DNA of 64,000 nucleotides from Planctomycetota bacterium (lineage in GTDB: Bacteria; Planctomycetota; UBA1135). Position 1 is the stretch's first letter; every line of letters starts with the position of its first letter. The stretch spans positions 84,373-148,372 of the forward strand of contig JBMYYH010000001.1 of NCBI GenBank assembly GCA_049609225.1, written 5' to 3'. Positions 18,425-28,865 of this stretch are shown here, piece by piece. Made by a program: the position numbers and the translations under genes. The notes beneath the pieces are model-generated. The model worked only from the letters and a program-made list of their open reading frames with translations, was not told the DNA's origin and did not search any database.

Positions 18425-18460
18425 GTCGGCATCGTAGCGGAGCGGGGTTATCCTCGACGC

Positions 18461-19360
18461 ATGAGCCTCGATCGCCGGACCTTCCTGCAACGTTCCACTA
18501 CCGCGCTTGCCGCAAGTGCCTTGGGTACTTCCGGAGTGGCGCATGCTGCCAGCGTAAGCCAAGAGCTACAGGATCCCGCGCCGCGCAAGCTCAAGACCGA
18601 CCTCGCGCTGAACCTGGAAATGTGGCTCGGCGACCTGCCCTTCCATGAGCGCATCCACAAGGCGTCGGAGTTGGGATTCCGGCACTTCGAGTTTTGGCCG
18701 TGGCGCAACAAGGATTTGGATGCGATCGAAAAGGCGATGGCAGCCACCGGCATGCAGGCTACGCAGTTCACGGCTTGGGGATTCGTTCCGGGCATGAACG
18801 ATCCGGCCAATCATGAGAAGGTGGTCGCGGAGATCGAGGCTTCTTGCCTCACGGCCAAGCGTCTCAACATCCCGATGATGACGGTCGTCGGCGGCAATGA
18901 TCAACCCGGCATGAGCCAGGCGGAAATGCATGCCAACATCATCGCCGCGTTGAAGTTGGCCGCTCCGATCGCGGAGAAACACGAAGTCATGTTGATCCTC
19001 GAACCGATGAACATCCGGCGCGACCACAAGGGGCACTGCCTTTATGGATCTCCGGATGCGGTGCGGATTTGCCGCGAGGTGGATAGCCCCTTCGTCAAGA
19101 TCAACTGGGACCTCTACCACATGCAGATTTCCGAAGGCGACCTCTGCGGACGCCTACGCGAAGGCTTCGATCAAGTCGGCTATCTGCAGCTCGCCGATCA
19201 TCCCGGACGTCGGGAGCCTGGCACGGGAGAGATCGCGTATTGGCGCGTCTTGAAGGAAGCCTGGGATCTGGGTTACCGCAAGCCGGTGGGCGTCGAGTGT
19301 TATCCCTCGGAAAGTGCGGACATCAGCGCCAAGCGAATGCGCGAGAGCTGCGTCTGGTAG
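18461..19360 (+). CDS. TAT-exported xylose-isomerase-like TIM-barrel protein (hydroxypyruvate isomerase family)
   Basis: Twin-arginine signal MSLDRRTFLQRS...GVAHA, followed by LEPMNIRRDHKGHCLY...INWDLYHMQISEGDL. Confidence 0.75.
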   Translation: MSLDRRTFLQRSTTALAASALGTSGVAHAASVSQELQDPAPRKLKTDLALNLEMWLGDLPFHERIHKASELGFRHFEFWPWRNKDLDAIEKAMAATGMQATQFTAWGFVPGMNDPANHEKVVAEIEASCLTAKRLNIPMMTVVGGNDQPGMSQAEMHANIIAALKLAAPIAEKHEVMLILEPMNIRRDHKGHCLYGSPDAVRICREVDSPFVKINWDLYHMQISEGDLCGRLREGFDQVGYLQLADHPGRREPGTGEIAYWRVLKEAWDLGYRKPVGVECYPSESADISAKRMRESCVW

Positions 19361-19393
19361 CGAGAGATCGGTAGGTGCTAGGCTTTGCCTGCG

Positions 19394-20710
19394 ATGAAGA
19401 CCCTGCCGCGCCTCATTCTTGCCCTGCCCCTCACCATCGGAGCCTGCAGCCTTCCCGGCGCCGGCCAAGGAGATGCTGTTTCCGTGGACCTGTTCAATGG
19501 CACGGACCTGAGCGGCTGGGTCAACATCAATGGTTCGGAAGACACCTGGACCGTGCGTGACGGCATGATCATCTGCAGCGGCAAGCCGATTGCGGTGATG
19601 CGGTCGGAGCGGATGTACCGTAACTTCATCGCCGAGTTCGAGTACCGGCATATGGAGACCGGCGGTAATGCTGGGTTCTTTGTTTGGTCGGATCCCTTGC
19701 CGGCCAAAGGTGTCCCCTTCACGCGCTCGATCGAGGTCCAAGTCATCGATGGCTGGGAAACCGAGAACTACACCAGCCATGGAGATGTCTTCGCGATCCA
19801 TGGCGCCAGCATGACGCCGGATCGCCCCCACCCCGCCGGGTGGATGCGTTGCCTGCCGAGCGAGCGTCGCGCAAATGGAACTGGAGAGTGGAATCATTTC
19901 CGCATTACCGCCATCGATGGCCGCATCAAGCTCGCCGTCAACGGTAAGGAAGTCTCGGGCGGTTACGACATCCGCCCGCGCATGGGTTATCTATGCCTGG
20001 AATCCGAAGGCACCGAAGTCCACTTCAAGAACCTGAAGATTCAAGAACTGCCGGCAGAGATGCGCCTTGAGGAGGAACTCATCGCACCGGAAGCGCGTGG
20101 TTTCACTTCGCTCTACAACGGCCGTGATTTCCAAGGCTGGGATTTCAATGCCGAGCATGAGGGCCATTGGGTCGCCAATGATTGGCGCCTGTCCTACGAC
20201 GGCAAGGCCACCGACCTCTGGAGCACCGAGGAATACGGTGACTTCGAGATGATGGTCGATTGGCGTTGGACCGGCGAGGCTGTGCCGACGGAACGACCCG
20301 TCATCCAGCTGGATGGCAACATCGCCAAGAACGCCGATGGAAGTGACCGCATGATCACGGTACAGGATGCCGGCGACAGTGGCATCTATCTTCGCGGCAG
20401 TTCCAAGAGCCAAGTCAACATCTGGTGTTGGCCGATCGGTTCCGGCGAAGTCTATGGTTATCGCACCGATGGTTCGATGTCTGCCGAGGTGCGCGCTGGC
20501 GTGACGCCGCGTGAAGTGGCCGATGCGCCTCTAGGCGAATGGAACCGCTTCCACATCACCATGATCGGCGATCGTTTGACCGTGGTCCTGAACGGCAAGA
20601 CGGTCCTTCAGGGGGCACAGCTCCCTGGTGTGGCGGCACGCGGCAAGATTGCGCTGCAGCACCACGGCAATCCCCTAGAGTTCGCGAACCTGTTCATCCG
20701 CGAACTCTAG
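19394..20710 (+). CDS. Lipoprotein with two DUF1080 (3-keto-disaccharide hydrolase-like) domains
   Basis: Lipobox TIGACS. Two repeats of LFNGxDLxGW...NAGFFVW/GIYLRG...HFKNLxIxEL. Confidence 0.75.
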   Translation: MKTLPRLILALPLTIGACSLPGAGQGDAVSVDLFNGTDLSGWVNINGSEDTWTVRDGMIICSGKPIAVMRSERMYRNFIAEFEYRHMETGGNAGFFVWSDPLPAKGVPFTRSIEVQVIDGWETENYTSHGDVFAIHGASMTPDRPHPAGWMRCLPSERRANGTGEWNHFRITAIDGRIKLAVNGKEVSGGYDIRPRMGYLCLESEGTEVHFKNLKIQELPAEMRLEEELIAPEARGFTSLYNGRDFQGWDFNAEHEGHWVANDWRLSYDGKATDLWSTEEYGDFEMMVDWRWTGEAVPTERPVIQLDGNIAKNADGSDRMITVQDAGDSGIYLRGSSKSQVNIWCWPIGSGEVYGYRTDGSMSAEVRAGVTPREVADAPLGEWNRFHITMIGDRLTVVLNGKTVLQGAQLPGVAARGKIALQHHGNPLEFANLFIREL

Positions 20711-20722
20711 AGAGTTGATGGC

Positions 20723-21646
20723 CTAGTCGAGGCCGAGGCGCTCGCGCAGTTCCGCGTTCTCGGGGAAACGCTCGACGCCCGCCTGCCATGCGGCATTGGC
20801 CTTTTCGGTATCGCCAGCCTGCATGTACATGTTGCCGAGCATCAGGTGGGTCTGCTCGAAACCATCCTGCGGCGCTTGATTGGCTTGTTGCCCAACCAGG
20901 ACCTCGAAATGATGGATGGCTTCCGGACCCTTACCCATGATGGGCGGGTAGAAGCTGTAGGAGATGGCCTTACTGAAACGAGCTTCCCAGTTGTGGTCAT
21001 CGGATTCCAGGATCTGATCCCAAACACCATCGGCCTTCATCGACCAACGGCCGGCTTCCATGCTGCTGGCACCACCGCGAATGATGGGCTGCAGATAGGC
21101 GTAGGCGAGTTGGTTCATGAGATCGTTGTTGCCGGGATCGCCTTCGACCTCCGCTTCGAGTTGCGCGATGGCTTCCTCGATGAGACCGAGCTCGTTGAGT
21201 TCATCCCATAGGGCTTCGCGATCCTCATCGCTGAGGGAAGGATCCAGGAGGCGCCCGATGCTGCGGTCCAAGGTCTGCGCCTTGGACGTTTCGGCATCGA
21301 CGACAGCTTCAAGATCTCCATCGGGGCTGTTGACGGCTGCAACCAACTTTGAGGTTTCGCGGGCAATGGCTTCGGCGACCAGGCGATCGATCTCGGAGGA
21401 ATCGATGCCGCGCGAAACGGCATTGGCCGGACCAGGTGCTGGCATCGTGTCGAAACGCTCTTCCATCGACTCCATCTGACGCCCAAGGCGCTCGAGGGAT
21501 TCCGACATGGTGGCGACTTGGGTGGCGAGCTCGGCTTGGCCTTGCGCACCTTCCTGGCTGTCGGACATGGTCTGCATCAGCACGAAACCGAGGAGACCGC
21601 CACAGAGCAGCACAGCGCCCAGGAGTAGGGTGGGGTTGTTATTCAT
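20723..21646 (-). CDS. Membrane-anchored protein with a C-terminal TPR-like region
   Basis: An N-terminal TM helix, an acidic coiled region, and C-terminal helical repeats (LMLGNMYMQAGDTEKANAAWQAGVERFPENAEL). Confidence 0.5.
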   Translation of the reverse strand: MNNNPTLLLGAVLLCGGLLGFVLMQTMSDSQEGAQGQAELATQVATMSESLERLGRQMESMEERFDTMPAPGPANAVSRGIDSSEIDRLVAEAIARETSKLVAAVNSPDGDLEAVVDAETSKAQTLDRSIGRLLDPSLSDEDREALWDELNELGLIEEAIAQLEAEVEGDPGNNDLMNQLAYAYLQPIIRGGASSMEAGRWSMKADGVWDQILESDDHNWEARFSKAISYSFYPPIMGKGPEAIHHFEVLVGQQANQAPQDGFEQTHLMLGNMYMQAGDTEKANAAWQAGVERFPENAELRERLGLD

Positions 21647-21696
21647 GGGATCAAGCCGGAGAGGCTAGAGGGTATTGTAAGGGACGACGCGTACCC

Positions 21697-23556
21697 TTAT
21701 TCCGACCCAACCATCGCGAGCAATTCGGCACCGAATTCCTCGTGTTTGCTGGGCCCTATCCCATGTACGGACAGGAGTTCCCCTTCGTTGGCAGGACGTA
21801 CACGCGCGACCCCTTCCAGCGACTTGTTCGACAGGATGCAGTAGGCCGGAACCCCCTTCTCCGAGGCCCTGCGTTGCCTCCAGGCCTTCAAGGCCTCGAG
21901 TAGTTCCAACGCCTCTGGCTCCAGGTTCAGCTCCTCCTCCGACGCCGCTTTACTCCGCGCCTTGCTCCTCTTCGGCGCCGGCAGATCCGACCCCAGGGCC
22001 AGCTCCAGATCGAACTCTTCATCCAGGACCTGACGCGCTTTCGGCCCCAAACCCAGCATGGGGTATTCGCTACCCACTGTGCTCAAGTACCCCCCATCCA
22101 GCATCGCCTGCACCATCGCTTCGAGCGACGCCATCGGTACCGGCCCCAACATGCCATAAGCCGCCGGCCAAGTGGGAATGCCCTTGGCTCCACTGCCCTT
22201 CAGGATCTTCAGCATCTTGGTGCGGCCATAGCGCCCATCCAATTGGCGCACACATCCCAGCACCGCCAATCCGACATCACGCTCATCCCCTTCCAAGACC
22301 CGCATGACCTGGCCACCGCCGGCGCAACGCTCGCAGGCGCCACAATCTTCCGCCAAGGCCGCGACCTCTGGATCACCGAAGTACTCCAGGATCTGCACCC
22401 ACAGGCATCGACCCCCGCGCAAACAATCGTAAAGCCGGTTCAAGCGACGCTTGGCTGCTTCGCGATAGCCCTGATCCGGTTGCTGCTCGATGAGGAAATC
22501 CTGGGTGCGGTAATCCTTACCGCGCCACAACACGCAAGCTTCGGAAGGCAAGCCATCGCGCCCGGCACGCCCGACCTCTTGGTAATAATCCTCAAAGGAG
22601 CGCGGCAAACTCAAGTGCACCAGCAATCTGATATCCGGCTTATCGATCCCCATGCCGAATGCATTGGTGGCGACTAAGCAATCGAGCTCATCGGCCAAGA
22701 ATGCATCTTGCACCTGACTGCGATGCTCGGGCTCGCATCCCCCGTGATAGAAGGCCGCGCGCAGGCCAGCGTGCCGCAGCACATCGACCGCATCTTCGGT
22801 GGCTTGGCGCGTTGCCGCATAAGCCAAGGCCGGCGCTTTGCCTTCCCGCTCCCGCACCGCTTCCATCAACTTCGCCAGACGATCCGATTCGGACACGGCC
22901 TTCTCCGCTGACAAGTTGAGGTTCTGGCGGAAGAATCCTCGGACGTAGATGTTGGGATCCTCCAGGCCAAGGGCTTCTGCCAGCTCCGTACGCAATTGCG
23001 GGGTAGCGGTGGCCGTGAAGCCCCCCACTCGTGCCGGTTGGAGCTCCTCCAGAAAACCTTTGATGCCGAGGTAAGCCTCGCGGAACTCGTGGCCCCAACG
23101 CAACACACAATGCGCTTCATCCACCGCCACAAAAGGCACTTCCACCTGCTGCAGCAACTCCAAAAAGCGCGGCGAGGCCAAACGCTCCGGCGAAACATAC
23201 AGCAGTTTCAAACGACCCTCCGCGAAGTCTTGCTCCACTTGCTGCCGCTCCCAAGAATCCTGGTTGCTATCGAGGCTGGCGGCCGGAATCCCCTTTTGGC
23301 GCAAGGCCATGACCTGATCGCGCATCAACGCGATCAGCGGCGAGATCACCAGGCTGGTTCCCGGCAGCAACAAGGCCGGCAACTGGTAGCAGAGTGATTT
23401 ACCGCCGCCCGTGGGCAGGACCGCCACCGTTTCTTCTTCGCCCAACAACGACCGGATCACATCCGCCTGCCCGGGACGAAACTCTTCATGCCCGAAGTAC
23501 TTCTCCAGGTAACCATAGACCACACGCCGGCTGAAATTAGGCGGCGGTTCAGGCAT
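21697..23556 (-). CDS. recQ: ATP-dependent DNA helicase RecQ
   Basis: FRPGQADVI, LPTGGGKSLCYQLPAL, DEAHCV, a Zn-binding Cys cluster and a C-terminal HRDC-like region. The start is uncertain (23556 or 23598). Confidence 0.9.
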   Translation of the reverse strand: MPEPPPNFSRRVVYGYLEKYFGHEEFRPGQADVIRSLLGEEETVAVLPTGGGKSLCYQLPALLLPGTSLVISPLIALMRDQVMALRQKGIPAASLDSNQDSWERQQVEQDFAEGRLKLLYVSPERLASPRFLELLQQVEVPFVAVDEAHCVLRWGHEFREAYLGIKGFLEELQPARVGGFTATATPQLRTELAEALGLEDPNIYVRGFFRQNLNLSAEKAVSESDRLAKLMEAVREREGKAPALAYAATRQATEDAVDVLRHAGLRAAFYHGGCEPEHRSQVQDAFLADELDCLVATNAFGMGIDKPDIRLLVHLSLPRSFEDYYQEVGRAGRDGLPSEACVLWRGKDYRTQDFLIEQQPDQGYREAAKRRLNRLYDCLRGGRCLWVQILEYFGDPEVAALAEDCGACERCAGGGQVMRVLEGDERDVGLAVLGCVRQLDGRYGRTKMLKILKGSGAKGIPTWPAAYGMLGPVPMASLEAMVQAMLDGGYLSTVGSEYPMLGLGPKARQVLDEEFDLELALGSDLPAPKRSKARSKAASEEELNLEPEALELLEALKAWRQRRASEKGVPAYCILSNKSLEGVARVRPANEGELLSVHGIGPSKHEEFGAELLAMVGSE

Positions 23557-23653
23557 GGCGAGAGCAGGAAACATGGTGCATGGACGGCAGGATACCAATC
23601 CGTAAAGGACGACGCGCGGGGGTGGCCATCGACACGTGATAAACTCGCGTCAA

Positions 23654-24346
23654 ATGGAACGAGTACTTGTCATTGGAGGCAGCCGCGGACTTGGACTCGG
23701 CTTCGTGCAGTCCCTGCTCGACCGCGAGGTCTACGAGGTGCATCTCACCGCCCGCGACCTCCAGCACAACGACGATCTCGCCGCCCTCGCCGACCACCCC
23801 CGGCTGCACCAGCACACTCTGGATGTCGCATGCGCGGATTCTCGCGCGGCCCTGATCGAGGAGTTGGATGGACTGCCCTTCGATCTCGTCATCCATAACG
23901 CGGGGATCTATGGGCCGCACGGCTTGCAGATGGGTGAGCTCCCGGAGCAGGAATGGCAGAAGGTACTGAATGTCGACACCGTCGCCCCTTTGATGATGGC
24001 GCAGGCCTTGCACAAGAATCTGAAGCGGGGCACCAACCCGCGCATAGCCTTCCTCACCAGTCGGATGGGCAGCATTGCCGACAATGGCTCCGGCGGCAGT
24101 TACCTCTATCGCTCGGCCAAAGCGGGGCTCAACGCGGCCGTCCGCAGCCTGGCCTTGGATTGGCAGGCCGACGGCATCGCCACCGTACTCCTCCATCCCG
24201 GCTGGGTGCGCACGCGGATGGGTGGCAGCACCGCACCGTTGGAGGTGGAGGAATCCGTCCGCGGCATGCTCGAACGGATTCGTGAGACCAACCTCTCCAA
24301 CAGTGGGCGTTTCGTCGATTGGAGTGGAGAAGCGATTCCCTGGTAG
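23654..24346 (+). CDS. Short-chain dehydrogenase/reductase (SDR)
   Basis: VLVIGGSRGLGLG (the TGxxxGxG-type motif), NAG, and YRSAKAGLN (YxxxK). Confidence 0.8.
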   Translation: MERVLVIGGSRGLGLGFVQSLLDREVYEVHLTARDLQHNDDLAALADHPRLHQHTLDVACADSRAALIEELDGLPFDLVIHNAGIYGPHGLQMGELPEQEWQKVLNVDTVAPLMMAQALHKNLKRGTNPRIAFLTSRMGSIADNGSGGSYLYRSAKAGLNAAVRSLALDWQADGIATVLLHPGWVRTRMGGSTAPLEVEESVRGMLERIRETNLSNSGRFVDWSGEAIPW

Positions 24347-24373
24347 AGGGAACCGCGAAAGCTTCTCGCCGGA

Positions 24374-26014
24374 TTACTCGTCGCCGAAGTCGCCGCGCAT
24401 GGCCCGTGCCTTCCGTGCATGGGCTTCTTCGAGGATCTCGCGGACGGCCGGATAATCGACCACCTTCAACGCAGCTTCGAAGTCGGCGATCGCATCGTCG
24501 AAGTTCTTCTGCTCGAGCAGCAAGGCGCCGCGTTCGTAGTAGAAGATCACCGTGTTCATGCGGTTCGGGCCCATCTCCAACAACTTGCCGTAAGCCGCGA
24601 TGGCGCGATCGAAGTTGCCGGTTTCCGCAGCTTGCATCGCCGCTTCCTGCAGGCCTTCGACATCCTCAGGAAGAGGCGCTTCTTCGACGCCGGTGCCGAG
24701 GAAGACCACCGTGGTGCAGGTCTCTGGATCCATCCATTGACGCGCTGCCGCGACCAGGTCGTGGGCGCTCAGGTCTTGAAGATCCCGTCCGTAGGTGGCG
24801 TAGGCTTCGGCGAAACCGAGAGACTCAAAGGCCGCGAAGGTGGCTGCCTTGGCGAAGTAAGGGCGCGCGCGCAGAGGCTGCTCGGCATGGGCGTCGGCCA
24901 GGAGGCCCTGGATTTCTTCGAGGGCTTCCACATGGGCTTCGTCGTCGAAGTAACTGCCATCACGCAGACTGGCGAGCAGAACATCCACTTCGGCTTCGAC
25001 TTCTGGACCGCCGGACCAGCCGACTTGGAGAAGATCGCGGTCGATGCGCCCGCCGATTGAAATAGTCAGGGGTGTGCCGGAAGGCAACTCAGCGCGCGAC
25101 AGCAGGGATGCGACCAGGTCGAGTTCGGCGCGCGGTGCTTGGCCATATGCGGGCGTCAGCCAAACGCGCACATGACGGTCGGTGGAAAGGCCGGAGCGCA
25201 GGCTGACCGTGCGTGGATGAGTCGGCACTGGTTCCATCGAGATGATGGGCGCGGCCGGTCCGGTCGGTAGCAGGCGGAAGGCCTCCTCCACCGCATCCAA
25301 AGCGACTTGCGGATCCACCGGGCCGACGACCACGATGGCTACGCGGTTCGGATGGTAATGGCGGTCGTAGAACTCCCGCACTTGGTCCACGCTGAGGCCT
25401 GGTCCGCGCGTATGCCCAGCTTCGGTGCGCAAGCCATAACGGTAAGGGTGCAATCCATAGACCGCAGCCTCCAGTTGTTCGGCGCGCCCTTCGGAAGTGC
25501 GGTAACTATGCGCCTCTTCCAACTCCAGGCGATGACGCTCATGCAACACCGGCGCCGACTTCATGTGCAGGTTGCGCAGCCGATCCGCTTCCATCGCCAG
25601 CACCGTTTCCAACTCGGAAGGTGGGAAGGAGTGGTCGTAATACATGGTGTAGTCGTCGCGGGTATATGCATTCGACTCTCCACCCCAAGCGACCACCGTC
25701 TTCTCATGCATGTCGGTATCGGTGTGATCGGTACCGGCGAACATGGCGTGTTCGGTGAGGTGCGCAAGACCCGTGGTGGTGGCGGTCTCGTTGCGGTTCC
25801 CTGCAGCGACCGACAAGAACACCGTCATGCTCTCGCCTGCATCCTGGATTGCAGCCACCCGCAAACCGTTCTCGAGCTGACGTCGCTCGAAAGTGTGCTC
25901 TCCAATCGTGAGCGGGGCGAGGGCGCGGGATTCCTTGGTGGAATCGACCGACACAGGACCAGGGCTCGTGCAGCCGATCAGGCCGACGAGCATTAATGGG
26001 GCGATACGCTGCAT
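24374..26014 (-). CDS. M16 (pitrilysin/insulinase) family zinc peptidase lipoprotein with a C-terminal TPR extension
   Basis: Lipobox LIGCTS and the inverted zincin motif GLAHLTEHAMFAG. The C-terminal ~100 aa look TPR-like. Its ATG overlaps the stop of the upstream gene (TAATG at 26012-26016). Confidence 0.8.
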   Translation of the reverse strand: MQRIAPLMLVGLIGCTSPGPVSVDSTKESRALAPLTIGEHTFERRQLENGLRVAAIQDAGESMTVFLSVAAGNRNETATTTGLAHLTEHAMFAGTDHTDTDMHEKTVVAWGGESNAYTRDDYTMYYDHSFPPSELETVLAMEADRLRNLHMKSAPVLHERHRLELEEAHSYRTSEGRAEQLEAAVYGLHPYRYGLRTEAGHTRGPGLSVDQVREFYDRHYHPNRVAIVVVGPVDPQVALDAVEEAFRLLPTGPAAPIISMEPVPTHPRTVSLRSGLSTDRHVRVWLTPAYGQAPRAELDLVASLLSRAELPSGTPLTISIGGRIDRDLLQVGWSGGPEVEAEVDVLLASLRDGSYFDDEAHVEALEEIQGLLADAHAEQPLRARPYFAKAATFAAFESLGFAEAYATYGRDLQDLSAHDLVAAARQWMDPETCTTVVFLGTGVEEAPLPEDVEGLQEAAMQAAETGNFDRAIAAYGKLLEMGPNRMNTVIFYYERGALLLEQKNFDDAIADFEAALKVVDYPAVREILEEAHARKARAMRGDFGDE

Positions 26015-27348
26015 TAGTAAGGTCGAGTCGCGCGCATGCGGCCGAAGGTGGCCGTCAGCAGTGCGACGAAAATGCCCAGCAGCAATCCGGAGAAGCTGGT
26101 GAACATCAGGATGCCCGTTTGGGTAGGCACCTGTTTGGCGCGATCGACATGGGCCGCCGCATATTCATCGATAACCGAGAATTTCAGACCATGCGCGAGG
26201 TGAAACTCGAGTTCTTCACGACGCGAGGTGATGCGATCCGCCATGCTGCGTGCCTGATTGAAATCGGCCTGCAGACGCCCCAACTCTTGGCGATATCCAG
26301 GAACACCTTCCAACAAGCCATCCAGCTCGGTGCGACGGTTCTCGTAGATGTCTTTCTGCGCGGTGTAGCCCGCATCGAAGATATCGATGTCGACCAGCTT
26401 CTCGGCGAGCGCAGCGACCTGACGATCTTGGCTCATGGTCGATGCCGAAAGCACCAGATCCGCATTGCCGGTGGCTTGGGTACGCGCCATATCCAGCTCG
26501 GTCTGCAGACGCACGATCTCAGGGTGCGCATCGCGGTACTGCAAACGCGCCACCGCCAATTGCGACGACAGGTTCGAGATCCGCTCCAAGGAACTGCTGT
26601 AACTTCCTGGAAGCTGCAACTCCTGACGGGTGAGCACGAACTCTGGGCGCTCGGCCAAGGTGCTCTCGATGATCGGACGCTGCGCTTCGTACTGCAGCTT
26701 CTGCCCTTCGAGATCGAACAGGTTACGCTCCAGGCTGTTGCGCTCCTCCAACCAGCGATCGATGTCGGCGCTGAGATCAGGAGTCTGTAGCGAAACCAGA
26801 TACGCCGTGATGGCATCCGATGCAGCGACGACCTTCTCGCGAGCCCCCTCTTCATTGTCCTTGAAGGTCTTGAGGTTCGCCTCCATGCCGGTCATCGACA
26901 TCTTTTCGAGCACTTCCGAGAAAGCCAAGACCGCAGCATTCGCGACGGCTACCGACTCCTCTGCAGTGCGCCCATAACCGGTGTACTCGACCACACCATC
27001 CTTCGAGACATCGCCACGTACATTCGACTTGAGTCGTTGCGGATCGGTGTCGGGCAACAACTCCGACACGCGGTAGACCACGGCACGGCTGCGCAACAAG
27101 GAAGTCACGCCGATCAAGCGGCCCTCATCCTGCAGTGGCAGCAAAGGAGATTCAGGAACGTTGCCGCCTTCGGTGCTGATCGACAGCCCCAAAGCATGCT
27201 CCGGAATCATGATCTCGGCCGTCGCCATGAAGTCTGGCGGCTGGGTGGCGTTGAGATACAGGCCAACACCGATACTTCCACCCATCACGAGGAGGACGAT
27301 GTGCGTGCGGCGGTAAATGGCGCCGAGGATGGAGGAGGCCTGGTTCAT
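26014..27348 (-). CDS. Polysaccharide co-polymerase (Wzz/GumC-like chain-length determinant) with no kinase domain
   Basis: N- and C-terminal TM helices flank a long coiled periplasmic region. It is a paralogue of 33455-34786. Confidence 0.65.
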   Translation of the reverse strand: MNQASSILGAIYRRTHIVLLVMGGSIGVGLYLNATQPPDFMATAEIMIPEHALGLSISTEGGNVPESPLLPLQDEGRLIGVTSLLRSRAVVYRVSELLPDTDPQRLKSNVRGDVSKDGVVEYTGYGRTAEESVAVANAAVLAFSEVLEKMSMTGMEANLKTFKDNEEGAREKVVAASDAITAYLVSLQTPDLSADIDRWLEERNSLERNLFDLEGQKLQYEAQRPIIESTLAERPEFVLTRQELQLPGSYSSSLERISNLSSQLAVARLQYRDAHPEIVRLQTELDMARTQATGNADLVLSASTMSQDRQVAALAEKLVDIDIFDAGYTAQKDIYENRRTELDGLLEGVPGYRQELGRLQADFNQARSMADRITSRREELEFHLAHGLKFSVIDEYAAAHVDRAKQVPTQTGILMFTSFSGLLLGIFVALLTATFGRMRATRPY

Positions 27349-28850
27349 GGACGTACGAGGGTACCGGACGGTTCAGGGTTTGCCAGTGGCACGAGCTCCT
27401 TGCGGCGCTGCGCCTCCACATGGGCGACATGGATACAGGCGAGAACGGCGATGAAGGTCCAGAGGAACTTCAACCATAGGAATACCTCCACCATGCCCTG
27501 GATCAGGGTCACGAGGGTGGAGAGGGTCAGCGCCATGGCGAGGGTGCGCAGACGAGGGTCGACATCCTTGGCCCAGATGACGCGGAACAGGCAGCCATAG
27601 ATGGTGATCATCAAGGCACTAAACACCACGATGCCGACGAGGCCAAGGTCAGCCATGACCTGCAGCGGCGCGTTGTGCACCTGCAGCTCATAGGCGTTGA
27701 AGTAATCCTTGGTGCCCTCTACGCCGACACCAAAGACCGGGTTCTCGAAGAATGCCTGCAGACCGATCTGGTCGATGTGCCAACGGAAGTCGGCCGAACC
27801 ACGGCTGAGGTCGCGCACATAGATGTAGGCGGCCTGGATGGCGCCGGTGGTCCAACCGAGGAAGCCGATGAAGCCACCCCCCATCAGGAACAGCGGCGAC
27901 AAGTGAGGCCAACGGAAGAATGGCAACACGCCGACCGTGATGGCCAGGGACAACCAACCCGAACGCGACCAACTGAAGAACACGCCGACTGCGAGCAGGA
28001 AGAACACCAGGAACATCATGCCGCGACGTCGGGCGGAGATGGCTTCCTTGGGTTGCAGAGCCAACCACAACACGATGACCGCCACCGTCGATGCGACGTT
28101 GGAGTAACGGTTGGGGTGCGTCATCAAGCCGGTCAGACGCGCGGTCGGGCCCCAAGGTGCATCGAAGGTCTCGAAACCGGAGGGCGCGAAAGTCAGGATC
28201 TGACCGGTGGCCGCGGAACCGACACCTTGTAAGAGCTCCACGCCAAGCGAGAACAACGAAGCAAGGATCAGATAATCGATCAGCGTTTCCAGACGCCCCG
28301 TGGTGTTCACCGCAATCGGCAGGAACAGCGCCAGGATGATGTACGGAAGACGCGGCAGGAAGTTCGCCAGCGGCGAGACCGGACTCTCGGTGGAAAGGAA
28401 GGTGACGGCGTAGGCGCCAAGCACCAACAGGGTCATCAGGCCAATCGGACTGAGCGGCCAATAGGCATCGCCTTTGCGCAGGATATCCCCGCATAACTTG
28501 CCGATGAGCAGGATCGCCAACAGGGTCGAGAGACCGGGGATGACGTCTGCGACGAGCAGGAGGGCGGTGGTCAGGAGGATCAGGCGGTCGACCGACCAGA
28601 TCCGGTGCACGATGCTAGCGCAGAAGGTCAGCGCGGCGAATAGTGCGCCGAGCATGATCGTGTTGAGGTAATGACCTTCGGCGAAGAAGATCCGCAGCGG
28701 ATTGGTGTAGGTGTTGCGCAGGGCGGCAAAACCATCCTGGTACACGAAGTAGCCCAAGCCACCACCTAGGGCCAAACACACGACAGCCTGAATCGCGGTA
28801 CCGACGGGCCCGTAATCACGGATCCGGGCCTGAGATTCAGCGGTGTTCAT
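27345..28850 (-). CDS. O-antigen ligase/polymerase-like (Wzy_C) polytopic membrane protein
   Basis: About 12 TM helices, with FSWSRSGWLSLAITVG, typical of the Wzy_C loop. Confidence 0.7.
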   Translation of the reverse strand: MNTAESQARIRDYGPVGTAIQAVVCLALGGGLGYFVYQDGFAALRNTYTNPLRIFFAEGHYLNTIMLGALFAALTFCASIVHRIWSVDRLILLTTALLLVADVIPGLSTLLAILLIGKLCGDILRKGDAYWPLSPIGLMTLLVLGAYAVTFLSTESPVSPLANFLPRLPYIILALFLPIAVNTTGRLETLIDYLILASLFSLGVELLQGVGSAATGQILTFAPSGFETFDAPWGPTARLTGLMTHPNRYSNVASTVAVIVLWLALQPKEAISARRRGMMFLVFFLLAVGVFFSWSRSGWLSLAITVGVLPFFRWPHLSPLFLMGGGFIGFLGWTTGAIQAAYIYVRDLSRGSADFRWHIDQIGLQAFFENPVFGVGVEGTKDYFNAYELQVHNAPLQVMADLGLVGIVVFSALMITIYGCLFRVIWAKDVDPRLRTLAMALTLSTLVTLIQGMVEVFLWLKFLWTFIAVLACIHVAHVEAQRRKELVPLANPEPSGTLVRP

Positions 28851-28865
28851 GGACAGTCGAAAACG

